DNA of 64,000 nt. It comes from Mobula hypostoma (Eukaryota). Positions 41,001 through 51,924 of the stretch are shown in pieces. The stretch is taken from NCBI RefSeq assembly GCF_963921235.1, contig NC_086097.1:139874001-139938000 (forward strand). The letters run 5' to 3'. A program made the position numbers and the translations under genes. Numbering within the stretch: the first letter of the stretch is position 1; each line of letters starts with the position of its first letter. Below the pieces are notes generated by a model, which was not told the DNA's origin, did not search any database, and saw only the letters and a list, made by a program, of their open reading frames with translations.

Positions 41001-41191
41001 TGGGGAACATGAGGCAGGTGTGATGAGGAACATGAGGCGGGTGTGATGAGGAACATGATGCAGGTATGATGGGGAACATGAGGCAGGTGTGATGGGGAAC
41101 ATGAGGCAGGTGTGATGGGGAACATGAGGCAGGTGTGATGGGGAACATGAGGCAGGTGTGATGGGAACATGAGGCAGGTGCGATGAGGAAC
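38012..41191 (+). repeat. 22/23-bp minisatellite GGGGAACATGAGGCAGGTGTGAT, about 140 units
   Basis: Seen directly. Confidence 0.98.
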
Positions 41192-41384
41192 TGGAGTGTC
41201 CTCAACTAGTCAGTGAAGGGTCAGTTTCACTGCAGGACAAGAGTGAGGTGACCATGTAGTGTTGATCATTAGGGACCACTGTTCTACTCCTGCGGGTATA
41301 TGGGTCTGTCTGTATGTGATTAATGTCTGAGGACAGGGAAGTTTATGGCACTGGGCTCCACTGCATGTTCACAGATGCTCATGC

Positions 41385-41760
41385 ACAGTACACACGTTCA
41401 GACACATTCACACATGCCCGCAGACACACTCATGTGATCACACACATTCACGCCCCCCACACACACTCACACACATTCACATACACTCACACACACGCAC
41501 ATACACTCACACACACTCACATACATGAATATACACGCACACAAGTCCACAGACACTCACACAAACGTGCACACACATTCACACATCCCAGCACTCACAC
41601 ATATTCACATACACTCATTCACACTCACGCACTCATACACACATTCACACATGCCCATACACCCACACACACATGCACACACATTCACACATGTGCACAC
41701 AGACCATTGCATACATATGTGCACGTACAGACATGCACAGACTTTCACACATACACAGCA
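41385..41760. repeat. Degenerate (CA)n microsatellite
   Basis: Seen directly. Confidence 0.9.
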
Positions 41761-41809
41761 CTGTGATGATCCAGGAGTCCTGGTCAATCCCCCAGGCATC
41801 CCTACTCAT

Positions 41810-42035
41810 GTGGGCATTTGCCCCATTGTTGTGTGTGATCTTGCAGTGCTCAGTCAAGCCCTTTCAGAAGCGTCAAGGATGTGAAGGATGCTGTTTGAGT
41901 GTCTGGGCACAGGTTGCCGGCCGAAATTTCCCATGGATGGTTTACACCGCTTCCAGTGTATGGGGCAGGATGGTTCCACAATTATGTTGTAGCTGAATCT
42001 GGAGGCATTAACCCTGACCCTGAGGTGGAGGAGTT
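41810..42035 (-). pseudogene. C-type-lectin-like exon with nonsense codon (ELLHLRVRVNASRFSYNIIVEPSCPIHWKRC...ERA*LS)
   Basis: Phase-compatible with the upstream exons. TGA at 41856-41854 sits where a lectin Trp is expected. The donor reads ATGAGT instead of GTGAGT. Confidence 0.4.
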
Positions 42036-43824
42036 CTGGTTGCAGTGGGTGGGCACGGGGTGCAGTGTGAGTGTGGTAGGACAAGACGTTCTGGCCAGAG
42101 GATATGGCACTCTGGTAACGGTGCAGGGTAACTCAGGGTTAAATCAGCCAGCATGGTGGGGAGTTAAGGGAAATTGTCAGTCCTAACAAGCCCATGGAGG
42201 TGACTGTCTTTACTGCCTCCTGGGCAAGACACTCCACACCAGCCCTCATTCCCCTGATCCAGAGCTCCCCACACATTCAGTTCATTGTCTCCAAGGTGAT
42301 CAGTGGTGAGAGGAGGAAAAGAAGAACATCGATATCAATCAAATATTTATCACAGAACAAAACAGTGAGAATGGCAGGAATTTCCCAGGGTCAACATTCA
42401 GGATCGCTGGATCATGGAAAAGACCATCTGGGAAAGATCCTCCTGCTGGAACTGACAGACTGAACTGGAGAGCCCTGATCATTATTTACTTCTTAGTGAA
42501 ACTGTTCCCGGTCATCCTGCGAATATATGTCTCATTTCCATACCTGTCACTTGATGGTTTGTAATCCCTACAGCACTTTGCTTCACAAGTGCTCAAAAAT
42601 TAAATCTAGTCTCCCTTCGGGACCTCTAACATCGAAAGGCTGAAACCCATTCTTCCTAAACCACAAGATGACTGACAGCCAGTGGCCTGTGTCTCCCCCC
42701 TACACCACCCCCCCGCAACACAACCACCACCAGCCACATCCCTCCCTCAGCCTGCATCTGCCTTTAGGATCTCCCTGGGTAACAAGTCCAATCCTGGGGA
42801 GGGGGGGCATGGGAGGAGACAAGCATGGAAAAATAGCCAGTAAGAGCCCAGCACTATCCCCAGACCAATTAATATCGCCGGTGGTCATTGGTCCTGCTAC
42901 CATTTCTTTAAAAATGGATTTCAGCACCTTCCCTGCCACCGATGGGCCTTTCGTCCTCGTTGGTCACATTATAAATAATGGGCTTCAATCACATTATAAA
43001 TAATGGGCTTCAATCACAGCCTTCCGATCGGTGGGAGATGTTTTACAATCTGTGGAATTCGAAAAGATGACAACTCGCATCCATCCTCTTCAACATCACC
43101 TCCTTCAGAAGATGCAGGTCATTGGTCCTGAGATCATCATCTTCCAGATTCATCCATTTCCTCAGTACTGGTTTCCGCGGATCCTAATTCTCCTGTCACT
43201 CTTTGTCACTACCCACCGTTTCTGGGATGTTTTCTGCATCCAAAAGATTTTATTTAATTCCTCCGCTCTTTCTTTACTTCCGGATATATTTTTCTCATAT
43301 CTCCGTGTGTTAGGGACCCACATTCATTTTTGCTACTTTTCACTATTATAACCCCACAAAGGCTCTCAGTTTGTCTTCTTGATTGTCACTCAGACTGGCT
43401 TGAATTCCACTTCTCAATTCATGAAGTCCCAGTGTGGATCCCATTCCAGGAGAACTAACTCACGCCACTTAGTCCATCTAATTTGCTTGGGCTTTCCTGC
43501 AGTAAAGTACCACCAGTGTCAAACACAAGTCCCTATACATCGCATCCCTGAACTGGTGAAATAACCAGGGCTGGACTTCACTGGACTGGGAAGACTTCAC
43601 TGGATGCTACAGCAATAACTGGGTTGGATTAATATGAGCGGATTACCGGCAATGACTGAACTACAGTGGTTCTGATGAAAGGTCATTGACAAGAAACATT
43701 AGTCTGATTCTCTCTGCAGAGATGTTACCTCACTGACTGAGTGTTTACAGAATAGTTAGTCCTGTGCTGCAGTCAAATGGATAGGATGGCTGGAGTGGAT
43801 AAGCAGAACTGGGTTGCTCAGAAC

Positions 43825-44300
43825 TGGGGGTGGCTTAAGCACTGGGGCAAATTAAGGACTGCGGTGGCTTAAGGACTTTGATGGGTTAAGGACTGGACAG
43901 GTTCAGGACTGGAGCAGGCTAAGGACTATGGCGGGTTCAGGACCAGGACGGGTTAAGGATTGTGGTGGGTTCAGGACTCGGATGGGTTAAGGACTAGGGT
44001 GGGTTGAGGACTAGGGTGGGTTAAGGACTGGGGTGGGTTAGGGTCTATGGTGGGTTAAGGACTGGGGCGGGTTAAGGACTGCAGTGGGTTAAGGACTATG
44101 GTGGGTTAAAGACTGGGGCGGGTTAAGGACTGTGGTGGGTTAGGGTCTATGGTGGGTTAAGGACTCTGGTGGGTTAATGACTGTGACAGGTTAAGGACTA
44201 TGGTGGGTTAATGATTGGGACAGGTTAAGGACTATGGTGGGTTCAGGACTGTGATGGGTTGAGGACTATGGTGGGTGAGGGTCTAGAGCAGATTAGGGAC
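43825..44300 (+). repeat. 17-bp minisatellite GGGTTAAGGACTATGGT, degenerate
   Basis: Seen directly. Confidence 0.9.
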
Positions 44301-44353
44301 AAGGGTTGCCTGTTGATCAGGTTGGAGTAAGCCCTGGAGTGGAATAGAATTAC

Positions 44354-44415
44354 AGTATGCAGACAGGAATAGCTGCCATCAGCTGCAGGAACTGACCCAA
44401 GACATTTTCCTGCAT
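44354..44415 (-). pseudogene. Signal-peptide exon of the ADGRD2-like gene (MQENVLGQFLQLMAAIPVCI)
   Basis: Acceptor CTCTCCAG just upstream (exon starts 44427), ATG, donor GTAATT. Splices in frame to 42793-42762 to give ...CILIGLVTQG|DPKE. Confidence 0.5.
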
Positions 44416-44677
44416 GCTGACAGTGTCCTGGAGAGGTGAGTAACTCTCAGTCAGACTGACGCCTTGCCAGCTAATTCTGTCAGCAGCTCTGTGAGAGAGC
44501 AGTCTTTGCATTTCTTTCTTTGTCCCTTCACCAGACAGGGAATCCCCAGGATCAGACACACAATATCCCAGCATTATCCCAGCCACCCAGGTTGTTGGGC
44601 AAGGTCTGTCAGACAACTGTGATCACAGCCTCCACACAGCACTGCACTGTCCATGGTCTTGTGAGTTCCCCTCGCTG

Positions 44678-46520
44678 ACAGTACTCAGGGAGCCTCACAC
44701 TCTGGCCGTGGTGGTACCGAGAGAGGATTGTACTCTGTGAGGGTGGTACTGAGAGTATGCCATACTATGGAAAGGGCCACACAAGATGTCACTCCTTTGG
44801 CACTGCCCCATCCACAGTGAGACCCTCCTTCACTACTGCCCTTCCTCCAGTGTGATAGTTCCTCAGTATTGCCCCTCCCAGAGTGTGACATTCCCTCAGT
44901 ACTGTCCATCCCAGTGTGACACTCCCTCAGTACTGTCCATCCCACAGTGTGACACTCCCTCAGTACTGCCCCTCCAACAGTGTGACACTCCCTCAGTACT
45001 GTCCATCCCACAGTGTGACACTCCCTCAGTACTGTCCATCACACAGTGTGACACTCTCTCAGTACTGTCCATCCCGCAGAGTGACACTCCCTGTACTGTC
45101 CATCCCACAGTGTGACACTCCCTAAGTACTGTCCATCCCACAGTGTGACACTCCCTCAGTACTGCCCCTCCAACAGTGTGACACTCCCTCAGTACTGTCC
45201 ATCTCACAGTTTGACACTCCCTCAGTACTGTCCGTCACACAGCGTGACACTCCCTCAGTACTGTCCATCCCACAGTGTGACACTCCCTCAGTACTGGCAT
45301 TCCCATGGTGTGAAATTCCCTCGGTAATGTCCATCCCACAGTGTGACACTCCCTCAGTACTGTCCATCCCGCAGTGTGACACTCCCTCAGTACTGTCCAT
45401 CCCACAGTGTGACGCTCCCTCGGTACTGTCCCTCCCACAGTGTGATGCTCCCCCGGTACTAACCATCCCACGGTGTGAAGTTCCCTCGGTACTGTCCATC
45501 CCACAGTGTGACACTCCCTCAGTACTGTCCATCCCACAGTGTGACGCTCCCTCGGTACTGTCCCTCCCACAGTATGATGCTCCCTCGGTACTAACCATCT
45601 AAACGGTGTGACGCTCCCTTGGTACTGTCCATCCCACAGTGTGACACTCCCTCAGTACTGCCCCTCCCAGAGTGTGACACTCCCACAGTACCGTCGATCC
45701 CACAGAGTGACACTCCCACAATACCGTCAAACCCACAGTGTGACACTCCCTCAGTACTGTCCATCCCACAGTATGACACTCTCTCAGTACTGTCCACCCC
45801 ATGGTGTGACACTCCCTCAGTACTGTCCACCCCATGGTGTGACACTCCCTCAGTACTGTCCACCCCACGGTGTGACACTCCCTCAGTACTGTCCATCTCG
45901 CAGTGTTACATTCCCTCGGTGATGTCCATCCCACAGTGTGACACCCCCTCAGTACTGTCCATCCCACAGTGTGACACTCCCTCAGTACTGTCCACCCCAC
46001 GGTGTGACACTCCTTCAGTACTGTCCATCTCGCAGTCTGACATTCCCTCAGTACTGTTCATCACACAGTGTGACACTCCCTCAGTACTGTCCATCTCACA
46101 GTGTGACACTCGCTCAGTGATGTCCATCCCACAGTGTGACACCCCCTCAGTACTGTCCATCCCACAGTGTGACAATCCCTCAGAACTGTCCATCTCGCAG
46201 TGTGACACTCCCTCAGTACTGTCCATCCCACAGTGTGACACTCCCTCAGTACTGTCCATCCCACAGTGTGACACTGCATCAGTACTGTCCATCCCACTGT
46301 GTGACACTCCCTCAGTACTGTCCCTGCAACGGTAGTGAGGAAACATCACACTGAGAGGGGTGGTAGTGAGGGTGTTTCGCATAGTGTGAGAGGTGAAACT
46401 GAGGGAGTGTCACACTGTGGGGAGACCATAGTAAGAGTGTATCACACTTTGGGAGGGAGCACTGCATTGTAAGAGTCGTAATACTGAGAGAGTGTCACAT
46501 TGTTGGTGTGGAAGTACCAA
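44678..46520. repeat. Second array of the 33-bp family; core (about 44790-46325) inverted relative to its flanks and to the 32.2-33.7 kb array
   Basis: The core reads CAGTACTGTCCATCCCACAGTGTGACACTCCCT; the flanks read G-rich (ACTGAGGGAGTGTCACACTGTGG at 46398). Confidence 0.95.
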
Positions 46521-47064
46521 AGGAGGTAATGTCTGGTGTGGTCCATTTCTGCCCCTTAGTCTTATTTGGGATTGATCATTATCTTCAGCTGATATTCAGA
46601 GAGCAGCTTGTGGGATCTTGCCATGCATGCAACGGCCATAATGCTTTTTTGGGAGGGTGGAATCACGCACCCTGTTTCACTGGCCCCCTTCATTCCAACC
46701 TGGCCCCAACATCCTACAGTGACTCCCCCTCTCCGTTCCAAGGGTCCCTGCCACAAGGTACCTTCACCCAGTGATGTTCACACCAGCCACCCGGTTGGAT
46801 GTCCCAACGGAGAGCCTGATGTTCAGCTGATGCTGAGGGTGGGCCCCTCCACCTCCCACCAGCGTGGGTCAATGTGCCCCCTTGCTCCGGTCTGATTTCA
46901 ATGTGGGGTGCTCTGCTCCATCACCAGACCATACATGTTAACACTCAGTCTGAGAAGCAGCTCCCTTGCAGTGTGACACCCTCTTCAGTGATAGCCCGGC
47001 CTCTGAAAGCCGTGGGAGTGCAGCCATTCTTGAACTCAATGAGAGAAGTTGGAAACACAGGAGA

Positions 47065-47350
47065 CTGACAATGGAATCTGTAACAACGCACAGAACGCCC
47101 GAGGAGCTCGCTGGAGGAAATGCGCAGTCTGGACTGAATGAGTAGAGGGGAGATAAAGAGTATAAAAAAGATGATCGGTCGGGGAGGGGCTAGAGCTGGC
47201 AGGCAGCTCACATAAGATGCTGGGGGAAATCGACAGGTCAGGTAGCAACTATGGAGGGGAATAAACAGTTGACGTTTCAGGCTGAGACCCTTTATCAGGA
47301 CTGGAAAGGAAGAGGGCAGAAGTCAGAAGGTGGTGCGAGAGGGGAAGGAG
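47065..47350 (-). mobile_element. Penelope-like element terminal fragment
   Basis: Reverse complement of the terminus at 28430-28550 and 50880-51005. Confidence 0.7.
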
Positions 47351-47633
47351 GACAATTGCTCTGTCTTGCATTTTCCATCTTAATTTCAGATTCATAAGAA
47401 CAATGCACTGTAAAAGAACAATGAAACATCTTTAATGGTGGAGAGATTTGGCTTCAGTCTGGGTTGGCTCCATTGAGGGAGAAGAGGAGGGAGGACCAGA
47501 AGTCTGGAGTGGAATGGAGCAGACAGGAAGACCTTGTGACAGATGGCCAGCTATTAACACAGATTGCCTGATTTCAGAAAGTTCGGTGAGGAAGTAAAAG
47601 AGGGGATAAAAGAGTAAGCGAGTGTGTGTGTGA

Positions 47634-47635
<2 letters not shown>

Positions 47636-47688
<53 letters not shown>
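47636..47688. repeat. (GA)n microsatellite
   Basis: Seen directly. Confidence 0.98.
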
Positions 47689-47693
<5 letters not shown>

Positions 47694-48534
47694 ATCAGCA
47701 ACAAGCATAAAGTGGATTCAAAATTATCTCCCCTCCTCTCCAACAACCACCTCATACTGTCTTCCCCAAGAACGGACTGTGTACTCTCCCCCTCTCTGCT
47801 GCATGAATGTTCGCCCCTCCCTCCCTTCCTCCATCATCGCAGCCCTCAACTTTAAAACGGGAGCAGGTAGTTCTAGCTCTTGAGTCTTGACAGAAGGCAG
47901 GAGGAGCTGGCAGTAGCACCGAGTGCCCTTGCCTGCCACCTAGTGAGGAGACCTCAGCACTAGGAATAAATGCTCGAAAGCCATCTGTCAGGCTGGAGTG
48001 TGGGTAGGAGAGTTAGACCAAAAGAAGAACATTTTCAAAGGGCTGGCACATATGGACTCCTTTTGCAGTGTTCTTGTCTAATGAGTAACTATCTCAAGTT
48101 AAAACAATGGCTGCTAAAATAGCAGCCAACAATCAGAGGTCAGTCATTGATAAGTTCAGTTGGGAATTTGGGAAGTTGGAGGAGTGAGTATCTAGCAATG
48201 ATTACTTGGGGTTGGTTATGAGTAGATTCTGGTAAGTGATTTTCTAGTTTTGGATTGCTTGGTATAGACAGATTCCTAGATGCGGATTACTGACATCCAA
48301 CTCTCAGAACAGACCTTCTACTCCCAGCCCCACTAAGTACAGACATCAGGCAGAGGAAAACATCAGAGGTCTCCTTGGGAAGGGGAATGTTCACACATTC
48401 CTGTAGGAATCTCCAGAGCAGTGACCCAAGCCCAGAGTAATGTATAGTAACCCTTCCCATCAGGTCCCTTCTGCCCTCCACATTAGACCAAGTGCGGAGC
48501 TAGAGTGGTACAAGTCCTTCATGCTTCCAATTGT

Positions 48535-48872
48535 CATAGAAAGAGGCCATTCAACCCATCAAGTTGATGCCAGCTCACACAGCAATCTCTTCTCCACTAA
48601 TTTTCCCTGTAACTTATTCTCCCCATATTCCCATGCTCCCACCCTTTCCTTCCCCGCATTCCTGCTTCCACAACTCACCAACACAATGTGGCCAGATACG
48701 GTGTCTAATTAACCCACCGATCTTTGGGGTGCAGGAGGAAATTGGAGACCCCTGGAAGACCATGCGATCACAGGAAGAACGTGCGAACTCCACACTGACG
48801 GCACATGATCTTGGAATGAACCCAGGTCACTGGAGCTGTGAAGTGCTAGTTCTCCAGCTGTCTGCACTGTGA
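48535..48872 (-). mobile_element. V-SINE (HE1-like) copy; another head at about 61022-61130 (+)
   Basis: Antisense tRNA head plus V-domain-like GTGTGGAGTTCGCACGTTCTTCCTGTG and a CR1-like tail. Confidence 0.75.
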
Positions 48873-49859
48873 TAGACATTGAAAGAGAAGATATGAAAAG
48901 AGGGGTTGCTGGGGCTTACTTAAGCGGTGGGGTAAGTGATTGGGATGCTAGGGTGTGGGATCAGAGACTTAAATCTGGAGTTTGTGGGTTTAAGGCCTGA
49001 ATTATAACTGGGAGAGAGGTACACTCTGAATATTAGAGTTCCAGGGGCTGGGATTGGGCGGGATGTCTGATGTCAGGGACCAGCGTATGGGGCACTGGGG
49101 TAAGAGATCAGATCTGGGATGAGATCTAAGGGTCAGCGGGTCAGAGCCAGAGAATAGGTCACAACTTGGAGCTGGGGGGGGGGGGGTGTCATAAGTAGAA
49201 GACTAGGGGTCAGGGGTCAGAGCTGGAGGAGGGATGGAGGATCAGAACCAGGTGCCTGGGGGTCAGGGGACAGAGGTCAGAGCTAGTGGGACTGATGGTC
49301 AGGGCCTTGAATCTGGGAGCCATGAGTCAAGGAGATGGGTCAGGAGTTGAAGCTTTGAGCTTAGGGTAAGTGGTCAGAGTTACCAGTCTGAAGGTCACAG
49401 GGTTCAAGATCTCAGATACTAAACCCAAGCCAGTGAGGAATATTCTGGTACACCCTGAGGGTCAGAGATGAGGGGGACAGTATTCACTGACAATGAAATT
49501 AGGAAATGTTGTTGATAGTGAAGGTTATCTTAGATGTCAGGGGGATCTTGAGCAGCTAGAGAAGTGGGCAAAGGAGGAGTAAATGGATTTCAATACACAT
49601 AATTGTGAGGTGATGCATTTTGGAAAGTGCGTCCAGCATAGGTCTGAAACTGTGAATGGTAGGGAACGAGGGAATGTAGTGGAACAGATGGATCTAGGAA
49701 TACAAGAATATATAGTTGGTTGAAAGCAGCATCACAGGTAGACAGGGTGGTGAAAAAGGTGTCAAACATTCTGATCTTCATCAGTCTAGGCATTGAGCAT
49801 AGTAACTAGGACATATGTTGCAGTTGTACAAGTCATTGGTAAGGCTACATTTGGAGAAC

Positions 49860-51010
49860 ACTTCTGTTGGGGTCATCTACTGTATCTGGTGCTCCTGATA
49901 TGGCCTCTTCTATATTGGTGACACCTAATGTAGATTGAGGTCTGCTTTGCCGAGCACCTTCAATCCGTCCTCAAAAAGCAGGATTTCCTGGTGCCCAACC
50001 ATTTTAATTCCAAGCTTTATTCCCATTTTGACATGTTGCTTCTTTACGGCCATGATGAGGCCACTGACACACTGACACACCTCATATTCCATCTGGGTGG
50101 CCTCCAACCTGATATCATAAACATCGATTTCTCTAACTTCAGGTAATTTTCACCGTCCCCCTTCCCTCCCCATTCTGGCTCCACTCTCACCTCTCCCCTT
50201 CTCATCTGCCTATGACCTCCCTCTAGTGCCCTTCCTCTTGCCCTTTTTTCCATTGTCACGGTGGTCGCTGGCAGGACTGGAGCCGGGTGCGGAGGAACAG
50301 TGGAGGATACAAGAAGTTATACACAGGAGTACAAACAGAGCATGACCGAGCAAATTACTCTCCACAAGCACAGTATTAAACGAGAGTCACAGGATGCGTG
50401 AAACCTGCGCCAGTCGCAATTAACCTGACCAGATTAAACAGAAAGCACAAGAGCTTAATAATTCATGTTAAAACAACAATTAGTAAACACAAGTCCTTGA
50501 GAAACCCAATGGTCCATGGCATGAAAGCTGTAGAGGCCTACAGGGCTCATGACAAACAAGAGAAAATCTGCAGATACTGGAAATCCAAGCAACATACACA
50601 AAATGCTGGAGGAACTCAGCAGGCCAGGCAGCATTTATGGAAAAGAGTAAGGTCTTGGCCCAAATCTTTTCCATAGATGCTGCCTGGCCTGCTGAGTTCC
50701 TCCAGTATTTTGTGGGTTCATGACATCCATGGTCCACTCTCCTCTCCTATTAGATTATTTCTTCTCCAGCCCTTTATCTTTTCTACTTATCACCTCCTAT
50801 GTCTTTCCTCCTCCTGCACCCACCTGGCTTCACCTATCACCTTCTAGCTTGTACTCCTCCCCCTCCCCCTCCCCCTCTTCTTATTCTGGCGTCTTCCCCC
50901 CTCCTTTTCAGTTCTGATGAAGGGTCTCAGCCTGAAATGTTGACTGTTTATTCACTTCCATTGATGTTGCCTGACCTGATGACTACCTGCAGCATATTGT
51001 GCGTGTGTTG
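49860..51010 (+). mobile_element. Penelope-like fragment inserted in the CR1
   Basis: GVIYC..CS..GL.YIG.T remnant; same terminus as the 27790-28551 copy. Confidence 0.85.
50254..50725. mobile_element. Solo LTR (TGTCACG...CATGACA) with 5-bp TSD TCCAT
   Basis: TCCAT at 50249-50253 and 50726-50730; TG...CA inverted termini; interrupts otherwise contiguous Penelope sequence. Confidence 0.8.
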
Positions 51011-51211
51011 TTTGCAGTACTGTGTATGGTTTTTGTTACCTTTTTATAGTGGTTAGAGTGGAAGGAGAGCAGAAAGGATTTACAGGGATGTTGCCAGGAG
51101 TAGAAGACCTGAGGTGCAGGGAGAGGTTGGCCAGGCTGGGTCGTTATTCCTTGGAATGTTGAAGAATGACCCTTAAAACGATGAGAAGCATAGATAAGAT
51201 GGATGGTAACA

Positions 51212-51362
51212 CACACAACACGCCGGAGGAACTCAGCAGGTTGAACAGAATCTCAAAACATTGACTGTTCGTTTCCACGGAGGCTGCCCGACCTGCTGAG
51301 TTCCTCCAGTGTGTTGTGCGTTTTGCTTTGACCCCAGCATCTACAGAATATTTTGTGTTTAC
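51212..51362. mobile_element. Short Penelope-derived inverted-repeat insertion with 19-bp TSD
   Basis: GATAAGATGGATGGTAACA at 51193-51211 and 51363-51381. Confidence 0.85.
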
Positions 51363-51924
51363 GATAAGATGGATGGTAACAGTTTTTTCCCCAGGACAGG
51401 GAAGTCCAAAGCTCAGGTTTTAAACTGAGAGGGAAAATATTTAAAAGGGACCTAAGGCGGCAACTTCTTCACCCAAAGGGTGGTGAGTATATTGAACACG
51501 TTGCCAGAGGAAATTGCTGAAGCAGGTACAGTAGTATGATTTAAGAAATACTTGGATAAGTATGGAGGAGTGGGGAGGGGAGGGCAATTGGCTCAATACA
51601 GGAGACTGGGACTAGCTGAGTAGACTGTGGGTGGTATGGAGTGGTTGGTTTGAAGGGCAAGGATCTGTGCTGTATTGCTTTATAACTTACTGGTTGTGAC
51701 TTGACTAGATTCAGTTACTCAGGGTGATTTACAAGGACTGTATTGCTTAGGGTGGGCTGTTAGAGGTCAGTTGCTAGGATTTGGTTACTACGGGTGTTGC
51801 TTGAGGTGAGTTGGTTGCTAGGGGGTTTGTTACAGGGGGATGGGGTGAATTTCTGGGTTTTGGTTGCTTGTGTATGTTGTCCAGGGCTGGCTTTGGCAGA
51901 GTCTGAGTTGCCAGGGGTTTGTAG

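Larger units (their letters stand above)
15126..44427 (-). pseudogene. Decayed multi-exon adhesion GPCR, ADGRD2/GPR144-like (probable unprocessed pseudogene)
   Basis: Colinear exon remnants: signal peptide (44415-44354 + 42793-42762), lectin-like exon with in-frame TGA (42035-41810), pentraxin end (36152-36083 + 36000-35895), GPS (31659-31451), TM1 (31047-30949), HCW/TM5 (24691-24611), helix-8-like end (15178-15126). Confidence 0.6.
49485..51690 (+). mobile_element. CR1 3' end hosting nested insertions
   Basis: CR1 ORF2 sequence at 49485-49859 resumes at 51011 and runs to a CR1 tail near 51685. Confidence 0.85.

Noticed and set aside
38132..41170. 1012-aa His/Pro/Cys-rich ORF and overlapping ORFs
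   Set aside because: Translation of the 23-bp minisatellite. It is open in several frames only because the antisense unit rarely creates stops.
28845..41191. CRISPR-like arrays (23-37 bp repeats)
   Set aside because: The units are head-to-tail with no unique spacers, there are no cas genes, and the context is vertebrate.
24300..42035. Selenocysteine or stop read-through explanation for the TGA codons in the GPCR-like exons
   Set aside because: TAG/TAA stops, frameshifts and damaged donors also occur, so decay is the simpler explanation.
43825..44300. Interstitial telomeric repeat
   Set aside because: GGGTTA occurs once per 17-bp unit; there is no (TTAGGG)n run.
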